NCBI GenBank assembly: GCA_963662285.2
Contig: CAXXMV010000002.1
Coordinates: 896,001 to 960,000 of the forward strand
Reading direction: 5' to 3'
Source of the DNA: a bacterium
GTDB taxonomy: Bacteria; Hinthialibacterota; Hinthialibacteria; Hinthialibacterales; Hinthialibacteraceae
Length of the DNA: 64,000 nt
Under the pieces are notes generated by a model that saw only the letters and a program-made list of their open reading frames with translations, did no database searches and was not told the DNA's origin. A program made the position numbers and the translations under genes. Below, piece by piece: positions 30,801 to 41,496 of this stretch (within the stretch, counting starts at the first letter, position 1; the number at the start of each line of letters is the position of its first letter).

Positions 30801-31379
30801 TCATGGACCAAAACGAATCAGGTCGCCTGCGCTTTTGGTTCCGTTTGAAGCGTTATACAGGAAAAACACATCCTGTGGATATCCTTTGGCGCCTGAATCA
30901 ACATTCAGATCGACATCAGGTCCGGCAGATACTAAAGCCCACATGTAAGAAGCGCCTTTGCCATGAAGGAATTCATGTGGGGAGTTATTGCACTTGATAT
31001 TCATGTAGGCTACTGGCGCCTCAACCCAACCATGCGACTCATAAACAAAATTTATCGGATCGCCATCGGGAGTTGTATATCCTTTTGGCGCGAATGGATC
31101 AGGCCAACGACCTTTGTTTACATACGAGACGGGCGTCGTCAACGGGTAAAAGCGGTTAGGCCAGGAAATATTATTATAACGGCTGATATACCTCCCATTA
31201 TCCATTTTATACATTTCCAGCGCGGTTGACAGAGCCTTGAAATCAGCCTCTACGCGGGCGACTTTGGCGCGGGTTTGGGCGTTCAAAAAATTCGGTACAG
31301 CAATTGCAGCCAGGATTCCTATAATCGCCACAACAATTAGTAATTCAATCAGGGTAAAAGCTCGATGTGAACATCTCAT
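30801..31379 (-). CDS. Prepilin-type N-terminal cleavage/methylation domain protein (GspG-like)
   Basis: Same N-terminal motif; LTTPVSY, DPF, SAGPD and YNASNG. Confidence 0.9.
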   Translation of the reverse strand: MRCSHRAFTLIELLIVVAIIGILAAIAVPNFLNAQTRAKVARVEADFKALSTALEMYKMDNGRYISRYNNISWPNRFYPLTTPVSYVNKGRWPDPFAPKGYTTPDGDPINFVYESHGWVEAPVAYMNIKCNNSPHEFLHGKGASYMWALVSAGPDVDLNVDSGAKGYPQDVFFLYNASNGTKSAGDLIRFGP

Positions 31380-31491
31380 GATAATAATTTCTCCTTTTGA
31401 GCAAAGATAAAATCATTATACCGTTTCATATCTACGAGTATTATTATATACCGAGTATTATATGAGATATGAAAATTAACGTTATTCTAAC

Positions 31492-32820
31492 TTATTTATC
31501 GAATGATTTTCTAGAGAGCCGGTTGAGGCGGTGCATTAATTGTTTTTTTATTGATTGAGACGAAGAAGCATCTAAATTCATATTATCCATAAACTGATCG
31601 GCTTGCGATAAAGCCTCTTCTGTGAACCTTTTAGCCTGAGAGATGTTTTTCTCCTTATGCTCATAGAATTTCGCTAGTTCTATATAGGCGAAGAAATCCT
31701 CATGTTCCTGCGCCATTATACGCCATATCGTACATGCCTCTGAGAAACGTTCCATTTTCTTATAAATCAGAGACAGGCGTTTTTGAATTGAAAAGCGATG
31801 CTCGCTAGAAAAATCATTCTGCTCTAGCGCCTGGTTCAAGTAAAAAAAGGCTTGATCCCAATCACTGCGTGCAGCAAAAAAAGTACCAACCGCAGCCAGT
31901 TCTAATCCTTGCATGTTTCGGGGTGGAGGTAGTCTCAGCATTCTGCACATGCGTGATGCCATCAATGCCAATGTCAAAATGTCATCAGCATTATGATTCA
32001 ATACCGGGCGCATACGCTGCATACGCATTCCGCGTAGAAAATCGAAATAAACGTAGGGAATCTGTTCGCCGGGAATATCATCTTCCCGGATGCGTCCTGT
32101 GATATGCGACTCAACGCTCATTAAAGTGCAATTAGGAAGCATCGAACGCCAAAAACGACGCGCCGGAAAGAGGAAGTCCGCATGAGGCATTTCCATAATC
32201 CGGGAGCGCAGCCGGTTCAGCAAAAAACGAGATTTAAGCAAAGGCGCATCAAAACATTTCCCGTTATATGAAGAAATTGCGGGAAACTTGTCTAAAAGAG
32301 CATTAACTTCATGAAGCACAGCGGGTTCTTCGTTGTAGTCTCTCATTAGATATTGGCGGACGCAGAAACCGTTTTGCTCGAAAAAACCTACTCCAACCAG
32401 AAAGGGAACCGTCCCGGTTCCGCCCGCCAATCCAGTTGTTTCTGTATCAATGAAGAGAATATCTTTGGGATCTAATGATTTAGTTTCTTCATCGCGAGTT
32501 AATATGGATAGTTCAAAGCCGTTGATATCTTCTGATGGATATAAAAGATCATCCGCAGGATAAAAAACATGGCGCAAACCATATGCGCCATGTTCATTTT
32601 CAGTCTCTTCAACGCCAATCGTTTCTAAGAATTGCTTTTTTTCCTGCTCTCTTTTCACGGCAATGCCGACCAGATCGCGAGCGCGGGAAAGACCGGGTAT
32701 ATCCCTTAAAGATTCAGGGAGTTGGGGCGAGTCGGTGGGAGAAATACCGGCGGACCCGGAGTTTGAACTTTGAGTGGTGTTATTTTTGAATCTTTTTAGC
32801 CGTTCATATAAGTCCGCCAT
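31492..32820 (-). CDS. YprB/MrfB-like RNase H-fold exonuclease with TPR tail
   Basis: FIDTETTGLAGGTGT, YNGKCFDAP, HNADD and ELAKFYEH motifs. Confidence 0.88.
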   Translation of the reverse strand: MADLYERLKRFKNNTTQSSNSGSAGISPTDSPQLPESLRDIPGLSRARDLVGIAVKREQEKKQFLETIGVEETENEHGAYGLRHVFYPADDLLYPSEDINGFELSILTRDEETKSLDPKDILFIDTETTGLAGGTGTVPFLVGVGFFEQNGFCVRQYLMRDYNEEPAVLHEVNALLDKFPAISSYNGKCFDAPLLKSRFLLNRLRSRIMEMPHADFLFPARRFWRSMLPNCTLMSVESHITGRIREDDIPGEQIPYVYFDFLRGMRMQRMRPVLNHNADDILTLALMASRMCRMLRLPPPRNMQGLELAAVGTFFAARSDWDQAFFYLNQALEQNDFSSEHRFSIQKRLSLIYKKMERFSEACTIWRIMAQEHEDFFAYIELAKFYEHKEKNISQAKRFTEEALSQADQFMDNMNLDASSSQSIKKQLMHRLNRLSRKSFDK

Positions 32821-32873
32821 AATATTTCAACAATATAAAAATTACTTGGATGCTATCGCCATCCAAGGCTGTT

Positions 32874-33287
32874 TTATGATTCAAACCTTGGTATATGAAT
32901 GATTAACAATGCGATGCTAACCACGCAATATGGTATAACATAATAAAAAACTCCGCTTAGCACCATCATTATTAGTCCAAAGACTGCAATGGATTCTGAT
33001 AAAACCCAGTTGATGACTGATAACGTCAGGTATTTCTTTAAGCCCTCTTCTGATTTGATATCTAAAGTTCCATCTTCAATAGAACTGTTGATTAATTTGG
33101 CTCTGAGGATGATGGAACTTATTGCGCTGATAATGGAGCAGATTATTGTTATGATTGCTGTCATATACATATAACTATCAGCAATATCCGGGGATGTAAC
33201 TCTTGATATCATAGTATAAGCAATCACTATATATATTATTATTGAACTAACGAATGCACCCCATATTATCCAAAAGTTTTTTTGCAT
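32874..33287 (-). CDS. Small membrane protein
   Basis: Four hydrophobic segments; GGAGAGG RBS. Confidence 0.7.
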   Translation of the reverse strand: MQKNFWIIWGAFVSSIIIYIVIAYTMISRVTSPDIADSYMYMTAIITIICSIISAISSIILRAKLINSSIEDGTLDIKSEEGLKKYLTLSVINWVLSESIAVFGLIMMVLSGVFYYVIPYCVVSIALLIIHIPRFES

Positions 33288-33337
33288 AATTCCTCTCCGT
33301 TGTTATAAGAATATAAACAATAATCATTATGATCAAC

Positions 33338-34363
33338 TCAGGATTCCTCTACTGCTGTAACAATCTCGCCAAATCCCATTTTATCTTTGACTTGCTTCTT
33401 GATCTCTTCGAACATTTCAGGATTATCTTTTAAGGTTTTTTTGGCGTTTTCGCGTCCTTGTCCTAATTTCTGATCTTTATACATATACCATGCGCCGCTT
33501 TTATCTACAATGTTATATTCAACGCCCAGGTCAACCAACTCGCCTGTTAAAGAAATTCCCTCGCCAAAAGTCAGGTCGAATTCAGCCTCTCGAAATGGAG
33601 GCGCCACCTTATTTTTTACAACTTTAACTTTGATGCGGTTACCCACCGAATCGCCTTTATCTTTAATTCCACCAATACGCCGGATGTCGAGTCGAACTGA
33701 TGAGTAGAATTTTAGAGCGCGGCCGCCAGTAGTTGTTTCCGGATTGCCGAAAATCACGCCAATTTTTTCACGTATCTGATTGATAAATATGGCGCAAGTG
33801 CTGGATTTGCTTAGGATGCCGGTCATTTTACGCATGGCTTTTGACATCATCCGCGCTTGCAAACCCATTTGGTTATCGCCCATTTCACCGTCGATTTCAG
33901 CTTGGGGAACCAAGGCTGCGACGGAATCTATTACGATAACGTCCAGAGCGTTGCTGCGAATCAGCATTTCCATAATATCCAAAGCCTGTTCGCCGGTATC
34001 TGGTTGAGAAACAAGAAGGTTGTCAATATCAATGCCTAAATCCTGGGCGTATTTAACATCAATGGCATGTTCCGCATCGATAAATGCCGCCGTGCCTCCC
34101 GCCTTTTGGGCTTCCGCCACAATATGTTGAGCTAAGGTCGTTTTACCGGAAGACTCCGGCCCGTAAATTTCAACAACTCGTCCTCTTGGAACTCCACCAA
34201 CTCCCAGGGCGAAATCCAAGGCCAGTGAACCGGTAGAAATCACGCCAATTTTTTGAATAGGCGTATCTCCCATCTTCATGATGGAACCGCGTCCATGCTG
34301 CTTCTCGATTTGTGAAATGGTTAGGTTAATTACTTTTTCGCGGTCTTTCATGTCAGTTGCCAC
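33338..34363 (-). CDS. recA: Recombinase A
   Basis: [20 protein letters not shown] and [10 protein letters not shown] motifs; GTG start with GAGGAG RBS. Confidence 0.99.
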   Translation of the reverse strand: MATDMKDREKVINLTISQIEKQHGRGSIMKMGDTPIQKIGVISTGSLALDFALGVGGVPRGRVVEIYGPESSGKTTLAQHIVAEAQKAGGTAAFIDAEHAIDVKYAQDLGIDIDNLLVSQPDTGEQALDIMEMLIRSNALDVIVIDSVAALVPQAEIDGEMGDNQMGLQARMMSKAMRKMTGILSKSSTCAIFINQIREKIGVIFGNPETTTGGRALKFYSSVRLDIRRIGGIKDKGDSVGNRIKVKVVKNKVAPPFREAEFDLTFGEGISLTGELVDLGVEYNIVDKSGAWYMYKDQKLGQGRENAKKTLKDNPEMFEEIKKQVKDKMGFGEIVTAVEES

Positions 34364-34493
34364 GGTTTTTCTCCTCTTTATGATTCTTTAATATAAGATA
34401 TTAACTGAACATTTGTGTATTGAAACATGTTTTGATTTATATTTCAAGACTCTATGTCAATAAAAAGCAAATAATTTTTGATATTCGTTCCAC

Positions 34494-34522
34494 TTGACGG
34501 CTATACTTATGGCCGATACGAT
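34494..34522 (+). promoter_or_regulatory. sigma70 promoter of pheT
   Basis: TTGACG-17bp-TACGAT. Confidence 0.6.
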
Positions 34523-34577
34523 CATTGGATTGTCGTAAATAGCATCATAAATGAACCTAACCACCTGATTTTTAACA

Positions 34578-36995
34578 ATGAAACTCCCTTATTCGTGGCT
34601 AAAAGAATTAGTAGACAGTCTTCCTCTTCCCGATAAAACGGCTGAGATTTTAACGATGATCGGCTTTGAGGTGGAAGAAATCTCTTCCCCCGGAGACGCC
34701 ATAAAGGATGTTGTCGTAGGCAAAATCCTCGATATGGCGCCGCACCCTGACGCCGATAAGCTTACGCTATGTCATGTTACCGATGGAACCAGTGAACACT
34801 CTATAATATGCGGCGCCAAGAACATGAAGGCGGGCGATTGCATAGCGTTGGCGAGAATCGGCGTTGTTTTGCCCGGTGATTTTAAGATTGAAAAACGCAA
34901 ACTACGCGGCGTTAAGTCTGAAGGTATGCTTTGTTCCAGTCGTGAACTGGAATTGGGCGATGATCATTCGGGGATCATGATTCTTCCCCAAGATTCTCCT
35001 TTAGGAACTCCGTTGATAGATGTTTTGGGTTTGAATGAAGTCGTATTCGAACTTAATGTAACGCCCAACCGGCCAGACGCGCTCAGTGCGCTGGGCATTG
35101 CGCGTGAATTGGCGGCAGCCTGCAATTGCAAGTTGAATCCACCAGATGCGTCTCCATTACCGCCGGATATAGAAGAAGATTTTGAACCTTCTATTACACT
35201 GGAAGATCAAGAACTTTGTCCACGGTATACCGGATTGGTTCTTAAAGATATTAAAGTTGGTCCTTCGCCGGAATGGCTTAAAAACCGTCTGGAATCTTGC
35301 GGCGTACGCAGCATCAATAATGTGGTCGATTGCACCAATTTAGTATTGTTTGAATTAGGCCAACCGCTGCATGCATTTGACCTGGATACGCTCCATGAAG
35401 GACGCATTGTGGTTCGTAGAGCCAAGGCAGGTGAGAAATTTACTACCCTGGATGAAGAAGAGCGTACTTTAGATGAAGATATGCTGCTTATTAACGATGC
35501 TGACCGGGCTTCGGCAATTGCTGGAGTTATGGGAGGCTTGGAAAGTGAAGTAAGCAACTCGACCACTTCAATTCTTTTGGAAAGCGCTTATTTTCATCCC
35601 TCTTCTATCAGGCGCACCGCCAAAAAACTCGCTCTAAGCAGCGAAGCCTCTTATCGTTTTGAGCGTGGAGTTGATTTGGAAACTGTTATCCCTGCGGCAT
35701 ACCGTTGCGCCCGGCTGCTCAAAGAGCTCGCTGGCGCCAAGGTCGCTGGTCGTATAGGAATTGCTGATACCAAGAATACTGAACGGCTTGCAGGCCTTGG
35801 GCAGCGGACTCTCACTTTGAAATTAGATTATTGCTGTAAGTTGCTTGGACAGGAAATTCCGGCTGAGAAAATCGAAAGCATTTTCAACTCGCTACTAATC
35901 AAGGTCGAAAAACGGACTGATCAAGAGATTACGGTATCTGTTCCATCTTTCAGGCAGGATATTTCACGGCAGGCCGATCTGGTTGAAGAAGTGGCCCGTT
36001 GTTATGGATTTAATGAGTTTAATCCGACTCTACCAAACTCTCCGGTAAAGCCTCCTGAATTGCAACTACTTGATCGTAATATGCTGAGCAGATTCCGCCA
36101 GTATTTAACTGGCGCGGGCTTTTTTGAAACGGTTACCTATAGTTTTACTGATCCACAATCGCTTAAGGCATTTCCCTTGGATAACGCTGATTTAAAGTGC
36201 GCCACTGTTAATATTCAGAATCCTATCAATGTTAACGAAGCCACTATGCGTTCCAGTTTATTCCCGTCTATATTGCAGGCGGCCAGGCGTAATGTCTCTA
36301 GAGGCAATTCTGATTTCGGGCTTTTCGAGATTGCCCGTACTTTTGAATCTAAAGAGAAGGATATCACCGAAAAACGGATCATCAGCGCGTTGATGATTGG
36401 CAACCCACATAAGGGATGGCGGAATCAGAACGCCGAACTAGATTTCTTTGATATGAAAGGCATAACCGAAGCCATTCTTGGAATCGCAAAAGTTACTCGG
36501 TATCGTACTATCCCTGGTCCCGATTGCCTGCACCCCAAACGCGGTGCGGCTATTCAGGCTGGTAAGAAGAACCTGGGATTCTTCGGAGAAATTCACCCGG
36601 ATATTGCGGAAGCATACGAATTGAACGGACGCGTCCTGGTTATGGAATTGGATTTAGTCGCTCTGACCGAGAGTTTCCGTGAAAATAAGACAACTTATAA
36701 AGCCTTTTCTATCTTCCCGCCAGTTACCAGGGATTTCGCTTTGCTCTTGCCTCAAGGCGTAACCGCCCGTAAAGTTGAAGATATTATCCAACGCGAATGC
36801 GGCGATTTATTAGAAGATTTGACATTGTTTGATTATTATAAGGGGAAACAGGTAGCTGACGGCGCGGTTAGTACTGGTTTCCGAATTACCTTGCGTTCCC
36901 GTGCAGAAACTTTAAAAGAGGAAACGGTTGATGCACTGGTTGAATCAATCTTAAAAAGATTGGAAAATGAACTCGACGTTAAACTTCGTTCGTGA
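34578..36995 (+). CDS. pheT: Phenylalanine-tRNA ligase beta subunit
   Basis: HPDADKL, SEGMLCS, TPNRPD, GQPLHAFD, RFERGVD and DLVEEVAR motifs; FDX-ACB tail. Confidence 0.97.
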   Translation: MKLPYSWLKELVDSLPLPDKTAEILTMIGFEVEEISSPGDAIKDVVVGKILDMAPHPDADKLTLCHVTDGTSEHSIICGAKNMKAGDCIALARIGVVLPGDFKIEKRKLRGVKSEGMLCSSRELELGDDHSGIMILPQDSPLGTPLIDVLGLNEVVFELNVTPNRPDALSALGIARELAAACNCKLNPPDASPLPPDIEEDFEPSITLEDQELCPRYTGLVLKDIKVGPSPEWLKNRLESCGVRSINNVVDCTNLVLFELGQPLHAFDLDTLHEGRIVVRRAKAGEKFTTLDEEERTLDEDMLLINDADRASAIAGVMGGLESEVSNSTTSILLESAYFHPSSIRRTAKKLALSSEASYRFERGVDLETVIPAAYRCARLLKELAGAKVAGRIGIADTKNTERLAGLGQRTLTLKLDYCCKLLGQEIPAEKIESIFNSLLIKVEKRTDQEITVSVPSFRQDISRQADLVEEVARCYGFNEFNPTLPNSPVKPPELQLLDRNMLSRFRQYLTGAGFFETVTYSFTDPQSLKAFPLDNADLKCATVNIQNPINVNEATMRSSLFPSILQAARRNVSRGNSDFGLFEIARTFESKEKDITEKRIISALMIGNPHKGWRNQNAELDFFDMKGITEAILGIAKVTRYRTIPGPDCLHPKRGAAIQAGKKNLGFFGEIHPDIAEAYELNGRVLVMELDLVALTESFRENKTTYKAFSIFPPVTRDFALLLPQGVTARKVEDIIQRECGDLLEDLTLFDYYKGKQVADGAVSTGFRITLRSRAETLKEETVDALVESILKRLENELDVKLRS

Positions 36996-37021
36996 GATAA
37001 TAAAATAATTGAGGTAATATT

Positions 37022-37258
37022 ATGAGTAATGAGAATCTGATGGAGATTCTGGAATCATTGGATCGCAGGGTTGGTGAATTGATGGAATCCATCAAGGGAC
37101 TAAAACAGGAACGCATCAAGTTGCAGGAAGAATTGAAAGAATCAAATCAACAACGCGATGATCTTTCTACGCAGCTCGCTACCAGTTCTGAAACTCGTTC
37201 TGAATTACGTGAACGTATTGAGGCAATAATAAATAAGATCGAACAAATGGAATCCTGA
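37022..37258 (+). CDS. zapB: ZapB-like coiled-coil protein
   Basis: 78-aa coiled coil in the usual pheT-zapB-zapA order. Confidence 0.65.
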   Translation: MSNENLMEILESLDRRVGELMESIKGLKQERIKLQEELKESNQQRDDLSTQLATSSETRSELRERIEAIINKIEQMES

Positions 37259-37375
37259 TAAGAGTAGTTGTCATAATAATGATCTGATTGGCTTTTTCTA
37301 AGACCAAACGTGATAACAATCAAACAAAATGTTGACAATCGCTCTAGCATCAAATTAGAACAGGATTAAGTAATT

Positions 37376-37660
37376 ATGGCTGGCGATTCTGGAATTATTA
37401 CTGTTGAAATAATGGGCACGCGGCTTCAACTTCGGGGCGGGGAAGATCCAGAGGCCGTAATGAACGCATGCCAATTTGTTCATGATCAGATCGAAGACAT
37501 TCGCGAGCATGCTCCCACTGCGCCATCTCTTCAAATTGCTCTGATGACTGCAATAAACATCGCTGACGAATTGATTCAACTAAAAAACAAAGCTAATATC
37601 CTGGACGCCGCCGCCCAGAAAGCTTCCCGGATACTTAAAAAAACTGCTTCTGGCATATAA
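37376..37660 (+). CDS. zapA: Cell division protein ZapA
   Basis: TVEIMG and IALMTAINIADEL motifs. Confidence 0.85.
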   Translation: MAGDSGIITVEIMGTRLQLRGGEDPEAVMNACQFVHDQIEDIREHAPTAPSLQIALMTAINIADELIQLKNKANILDAAAQKASRILKKTASGI

Positions 37661-37687
37661 TCCTTTCCTAAAGAAAATGAGTTTATA

Positions 37688-38827
37688 GTGCTGCGTGTTT
37701 TATCGCTAAATTACGAATTTCCTCCCATCGGCGGCGGCGGAGGGAATGCTCATAAGCATATTCTCCAACAATTCCGCCATTTCCCTGATATTGAAATTAC
37801 ATTAGTAACTTCTACCATTCAATCTTTGCCGTCTGTTCAGATGTTAGCACCTAATATACGCCTCTATTTATTGCCAATTAAAAAAAAGGATTTGCTCTAT
37901 TGGCGCAGAGGCGAAATTATTAAGTATCTGATGGTTAATTATGGATTTATGCGTGAATTCCTGAAAACGCAGACTTTTGATCTGTGTCATGCTTTTTTTG
38001 GATTCCCCAGTGGTCTATTGGCTTATCATTTCCGGTCAAAAATGCCCTATATCATCTCGGTGCGGGGATCGGACGTCCCCGGTTATAACAAACGCTTTGC
38101 GCTTGATTATGTCTTATTGCGTCCCTTTCTTAAAAGAATCTATTCTTCTGCAGACGCTGTGGTGGCTAACAGCCAGGGATTAAGCAATCTGTTTCATGAA
38201 CAGTTCCCGCATCTGAACGCGCCGGTTATCCCTAATGGCATAGATACTGAGGCCTTCGCTCCACAACCTAAATCTGACGCTGATGGATTATCGCTGGTAA
38301 CCGTCGCGCGGTTAATTCCCCGCAAAGGCATTGATTTACTGATCCGCGCCTGCGCTGAGATCAACCGGGAGCAAATCCCCTTCAATTGTCATATAATCGG
38401 TGATGGTCCTGAAGAAGGCGCCCTTAAGAAAATGAGCCGGGAACTGGGAGTCGCCCAGCGCGTCCATTTTCATGGCCGAATGACCAAAGACGCTGTGGCG
38501 GATTTCCTGCCCCAGTGTGATATATTCATCCTCCCATCATACGCTGAGGGCATGTCTAATGCCGCGCTGGAAGCCATGGGCTGTGGTTTACCGTTGTTAT
38601 TGACTGCAACAGGTGGAAGCAGTGAATTGGTCGATGGCAACGGTCAGATTATCCCGACTGGCGATGCATCGGCGTTGGCGAATGTATTACGCAATTGGCT
38701 TTCCAAACCGGAACTTGTCGCCTCAATGGGACAGCGTTCCCGCATCTGCGCCAATGCCTTCTCGTGGACAAGTGTTGCTCAACGGTATCGGGATATGTAT
38801 ATTCAAGTGGTAGAGAACCGAAAATAA
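37688..38827 (+). CDS. Glycosyltransferase family 4
   Basis: EFPPIGGG, IPNGID, RLIPRKG and EGMSNAALEAM motifs. Confidence 0.92.
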   Translation: MLRVLSLNYEFPPIGGGGGNAHKHILQQFRHFPDIEITLVTSTIQSLPSVQMLAPNIRLYLLPIKKKDLLYWRRGEIIKYLMVNYGFMREFLKTQTFDLCHAFFGFPSGLLAYHFRSKMPYIISVRGSDVPGYNKRFALDYVLLRPFLKRIYSSADAVVANSQGLSNLFHEQFPHLNAPVIPNGIDTEAFAPQPKSDADGLSLVTVARLIPRKGIDLLIRACAEINREQIPFNCHIIGDGPEEGALKKMSRELGVAQRVHFHGRMTKDAVADFLPQCDIFILPSYAEGMSNAALEAMGCGLPLLLTATGGSSELVDGNGQIIPTGDASALANVLRNWLSKPELVASMGQRSRICANAFSWTSVAQRYRDMYIQVVENRK

Positions 38828-38890
38828 TATAATTCTAAAATGGTAGTTTGAGTATGACATCAATGGGATGTTCAAGGTTGTAGATAACAA

Positions 38891-39026
38891 CCCCTCTTGT
38901 GAATTCTCCCCCAAACTTGGGGGAGAGGGGTGGTGTTATATAACCAGTTATATCGTTTTGACTTAGTAATATAAAATACTGTGGCCAAACATTCCTCTCC
39001 CAAGATTGGGAGAGGTTAGGAGAGGG
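38891..39026. repeat. Two CCTCTCC-type REP-like palindromes
   Basis: ctcccccaaacttgggggag (38906..38925) and cctctcccaagattgggagagg-ttaggagaggg (38994..39026). Confidence 0.6.
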
Positions 39027-39092
39027 TTGATACTAACCACCAATGCAGATGAATAACTGATATAGTTTGTAATATTAGAATATCTCTGGTTT

Positions 39093-39842
39093 ATGGGAAT
39101 AGATGCAATGGGTATTTATGATTGGCTAAAAAAACGGGATAGCAATATCGCTGATTGTACTGCTGGCGGATCATCCTATTTCAGCCTTTCACCTACCCGC
39201 TGGAGCCTTTATAAGCATGTCCTGCCCCGTATGCCGCAAGCGCTTAGAGGCCGCTGTCTGGACGCAGGAGCGGGGCGCATGGCTTTCTCTGATACTACCG
39301 CTGAGACTATTGATGAATATGTTGCTATGGATATCAATCCGCGTCCCGGCATAAGCATTTGTGGTTCGGTGTTATCTATTCCTTTGCAAGACGCAACTGT
39401 CGATTCGGTTTTGTGTTTACAGGTTCTTGAGCATGTACCCGACCCGCAACAGGCCATGCGTGAGTTTTTCCGCTGCCTTAAACCTGACGGAACGGTTCTG
39501 ATCAGCGTTCCTCATTTGGCCTATCTACACAATGAACCGCATGATTATTTCCGGTTTACCCATCATGGCTTACGCTTCATGTTAGAGCGCGCTGGATTCG
39601 AGGTGATCGAAATTGTTCCGGCTGGCGGATTGTTATCATTTGTAGGGCATATACCATCAATGATTATCAAGGCCGTCTTTTTTTCAATTCCCGGCTTGAA
39701 CCGGATTGCTTTGTCGCTAAATTCAGTATATTCAAAAACAATCTCATGGATCGATCAGAGAATCGAAAAAAGAAAATTATTCGCATTGTTCTATGTTGTT
39801 ATCGCAAGAAAAAGTGAAACCCCTCCAGCGGCAAAGTCATAA
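39093..39842 (+). CDS. Class I SAM-dependent methyltransferase
   Basis: LDAGAG, QVLEHVPDP, LKPDG and PHDYFRFT motifs. Confidence 0.9.
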   Translation: MGIDAMGIYDWLKKRDSNIADCTAGGSSYFSLSPTRWSLYKHVLPRMPQALRGRCLDAGAGRMAFSDTTAETIDEYVAMDINPRPGISICGSVLSIPLQDATVDSVLCLQVLEHVPDPQQAMREFFRCLKPDGTVLISVPHLAYLHNEPHDYFRFTHHGLRFMLERAGFEVIEIVPAGGLLSFVGHIPSMIIKAVFFSIPGLNRIALSLNSVYSKTISWIDQRIEKRKLFALFYVVIARKSETPPAAKS

Positions 39843-39872
39843 ATAGCATTGGAGTAGTTTAATATAAACGTT

Positions 39873-41495
39873 ATGACCGATAATCCTGATTGCCAAATAA
39901 ACCAACCTGACTCAGCCATAAATCGAACTGATTGGCTTATCGCCATAGGATTAGCTATAGTTATTTTTATAGGCTTGTTTGTTGAGTTGCAAAAACCGGG
40001 GGTCACCTGGGATGAAGGCGATATCCAGTTCCCCACCATCAAAAAACAGGCTCAATGGATCAGTGGTTTATCAACCATCGAACATCCATTTTCTCAATCA
40101 TCGATTGCGGCGTATTGGCAAACCACCTCGGATCATCCATCAATGATCAGAACTTTGTCTGCTATTAGTTATTTGATTTTTACTCCCTGGTTGGATGAGA
40201 TTGTCGCCTTCCGTTTGTTGTCGGCATTTCTTTTCGCCATATTACTGGCCAGCATATATCTATTTCTACGCTTATATCTTCCAGTAACAGCCTCTATTGC
40301 AGGGGCATTATCATTAGCCATGATGCCCAGAGTCTTCGGTCATGCTCACCTCTGCAGCCTTGATGCGCCCATAATGTGCGCCTGGTTCTGGGCGGCTATA
40401 GTCGGATTTCTGGTCTTTCATGGCAGCATCAGAACCTATTGGTTTGGAATCGCCTATGCATTGGCATTCAGCGTGAAACTACATGCGGTGTTTCTTCCTC
40501 CCGCGCTGTTGTTTTGGGGTGGATTAATGATTGTATGTTTTTACAGAAAAGAACTTATCTACTTAAAAAGAACCGCCTGGGCTACGTTATGGGCGGTGAT
40601 TCTAACTCCAGTCATATACCTTGCCACGCAACCCTGGTTGTGGCATGAGACCTGGAACCGTCTTTATGAACGGTTTTTTGATTATACGGTAAAATCTCCG
40701 ATCCCTCTGCTTTATCTGGGAGAATTGTGTTATCAGTCCAATCCCTGGCATTACCCTTTGGTGATGATCCTGTTTACGGTTCCTGCTTTCATTATTTTCC
40801 TGGCTGCAATGGGAATGATAAAACCGGTTTATGAAAAATTCAGCAAAACTCATACTATTAATGAAACCGACTCTTCAACGTTGGCCGGGATTCACCTGTT
40901 TCTTATTATTCTTTCTGTAACCATACCGGCTATCTTCGTTTTCTCTCTGGCCAAAGCCTATGACGGATGCCGTCTGTTTCTGCCCTGTTTTCCATTCTTG
41001 GCCTGCATGGTTGGATTTGGTTACTACTTCGTGTGGCAGGTTTTAAGAAAACGCTTGTCCGGCAACTGGTTGCACGCAATATTGCTGGCGCTTCTGATAT
41101 GTCCTTCTCTGGTTCAGTTTTATAAAATCAGCCCATTTTATCTGGCCTATTACAACGAAATAGCCGGTGGGATTCATGGCGCTTGGGACAAAGGCATGGA
41201 GACCACTTTCTGGTGCGATGCGCTGACGCGGGATTTTGTTGATGAGGTAAACCAGTTCGTTCCTGAAGGAAAGACAATCAAACCAGCCAGTATGTCGTTC
41301 GGGGTATACAATTATTACAAACAACGCGGCTGGATAAAACATGATATAGATGATCCGGCGGATTACTACTTGTTGCAAAGCCGTCAGGGCATGTTCAGTC
41401 GGGATGAAGCAATGTTGTATATCAAAAGTAAACCACTGCTCACCATCGAAATTGATGGCGTTCAATTATATGGATTGTATAAGAGGTCGCCTTGA
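39873..41495 (+). CDS. GT-C fold (ArnT/PMT-like) membrane glycosyltransferase
   Basis: TWDE, DHP and YDGCRLFLP motifs; multi-TM. Confidence 0.8.
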   Translation: MTDNPDCQINQPDSAINRTDWLIAIGLAIVIFIGLFVELQKPGVTWDEGDIQFPTIKKQAQWISGLSTIEHPFSQSSIAAYWQTTSDHPSMIRTLSAISYLIFTPWLDEIVAFRLLSAFLFAILLASIYLFLRLYLPVTASIAGALSLAMMPRVFGHAHLCSLDAPIMCAWFWAAIVGFLVFHGSIRTYWFGIAYALAFSVKLHAVFLPPALLFWGGLMIVCFYRKELIYLKRTAWATLWAVILTPVIYLATQPWLWHETWNRLYERFFDYTVKSPIPLLYLGELCYQSNPWHYPLVMILFTVPAFIIFLAAMGMIKPVYEKFSKTHTINETDSSTLAGIHLFLIILSVTIPAIFVFSLAKAYDGCRLFLPCFPFLACMVGFGYYFVWQVLRKRLSGNWLHAILLALLICPSLVQFYKISPFYLAYYNEIAGGIHGAWDKGMETTFWCDALTRDFVDEVNQFVPEGKTIKPASMSFGVYNYYKQRGWIKHDIDDPADYYLLQSRQGMFSRDEAMLYIKSKPLLTIEIDGVQLYGLYKRSP

Positions 41496-41496
41496 A

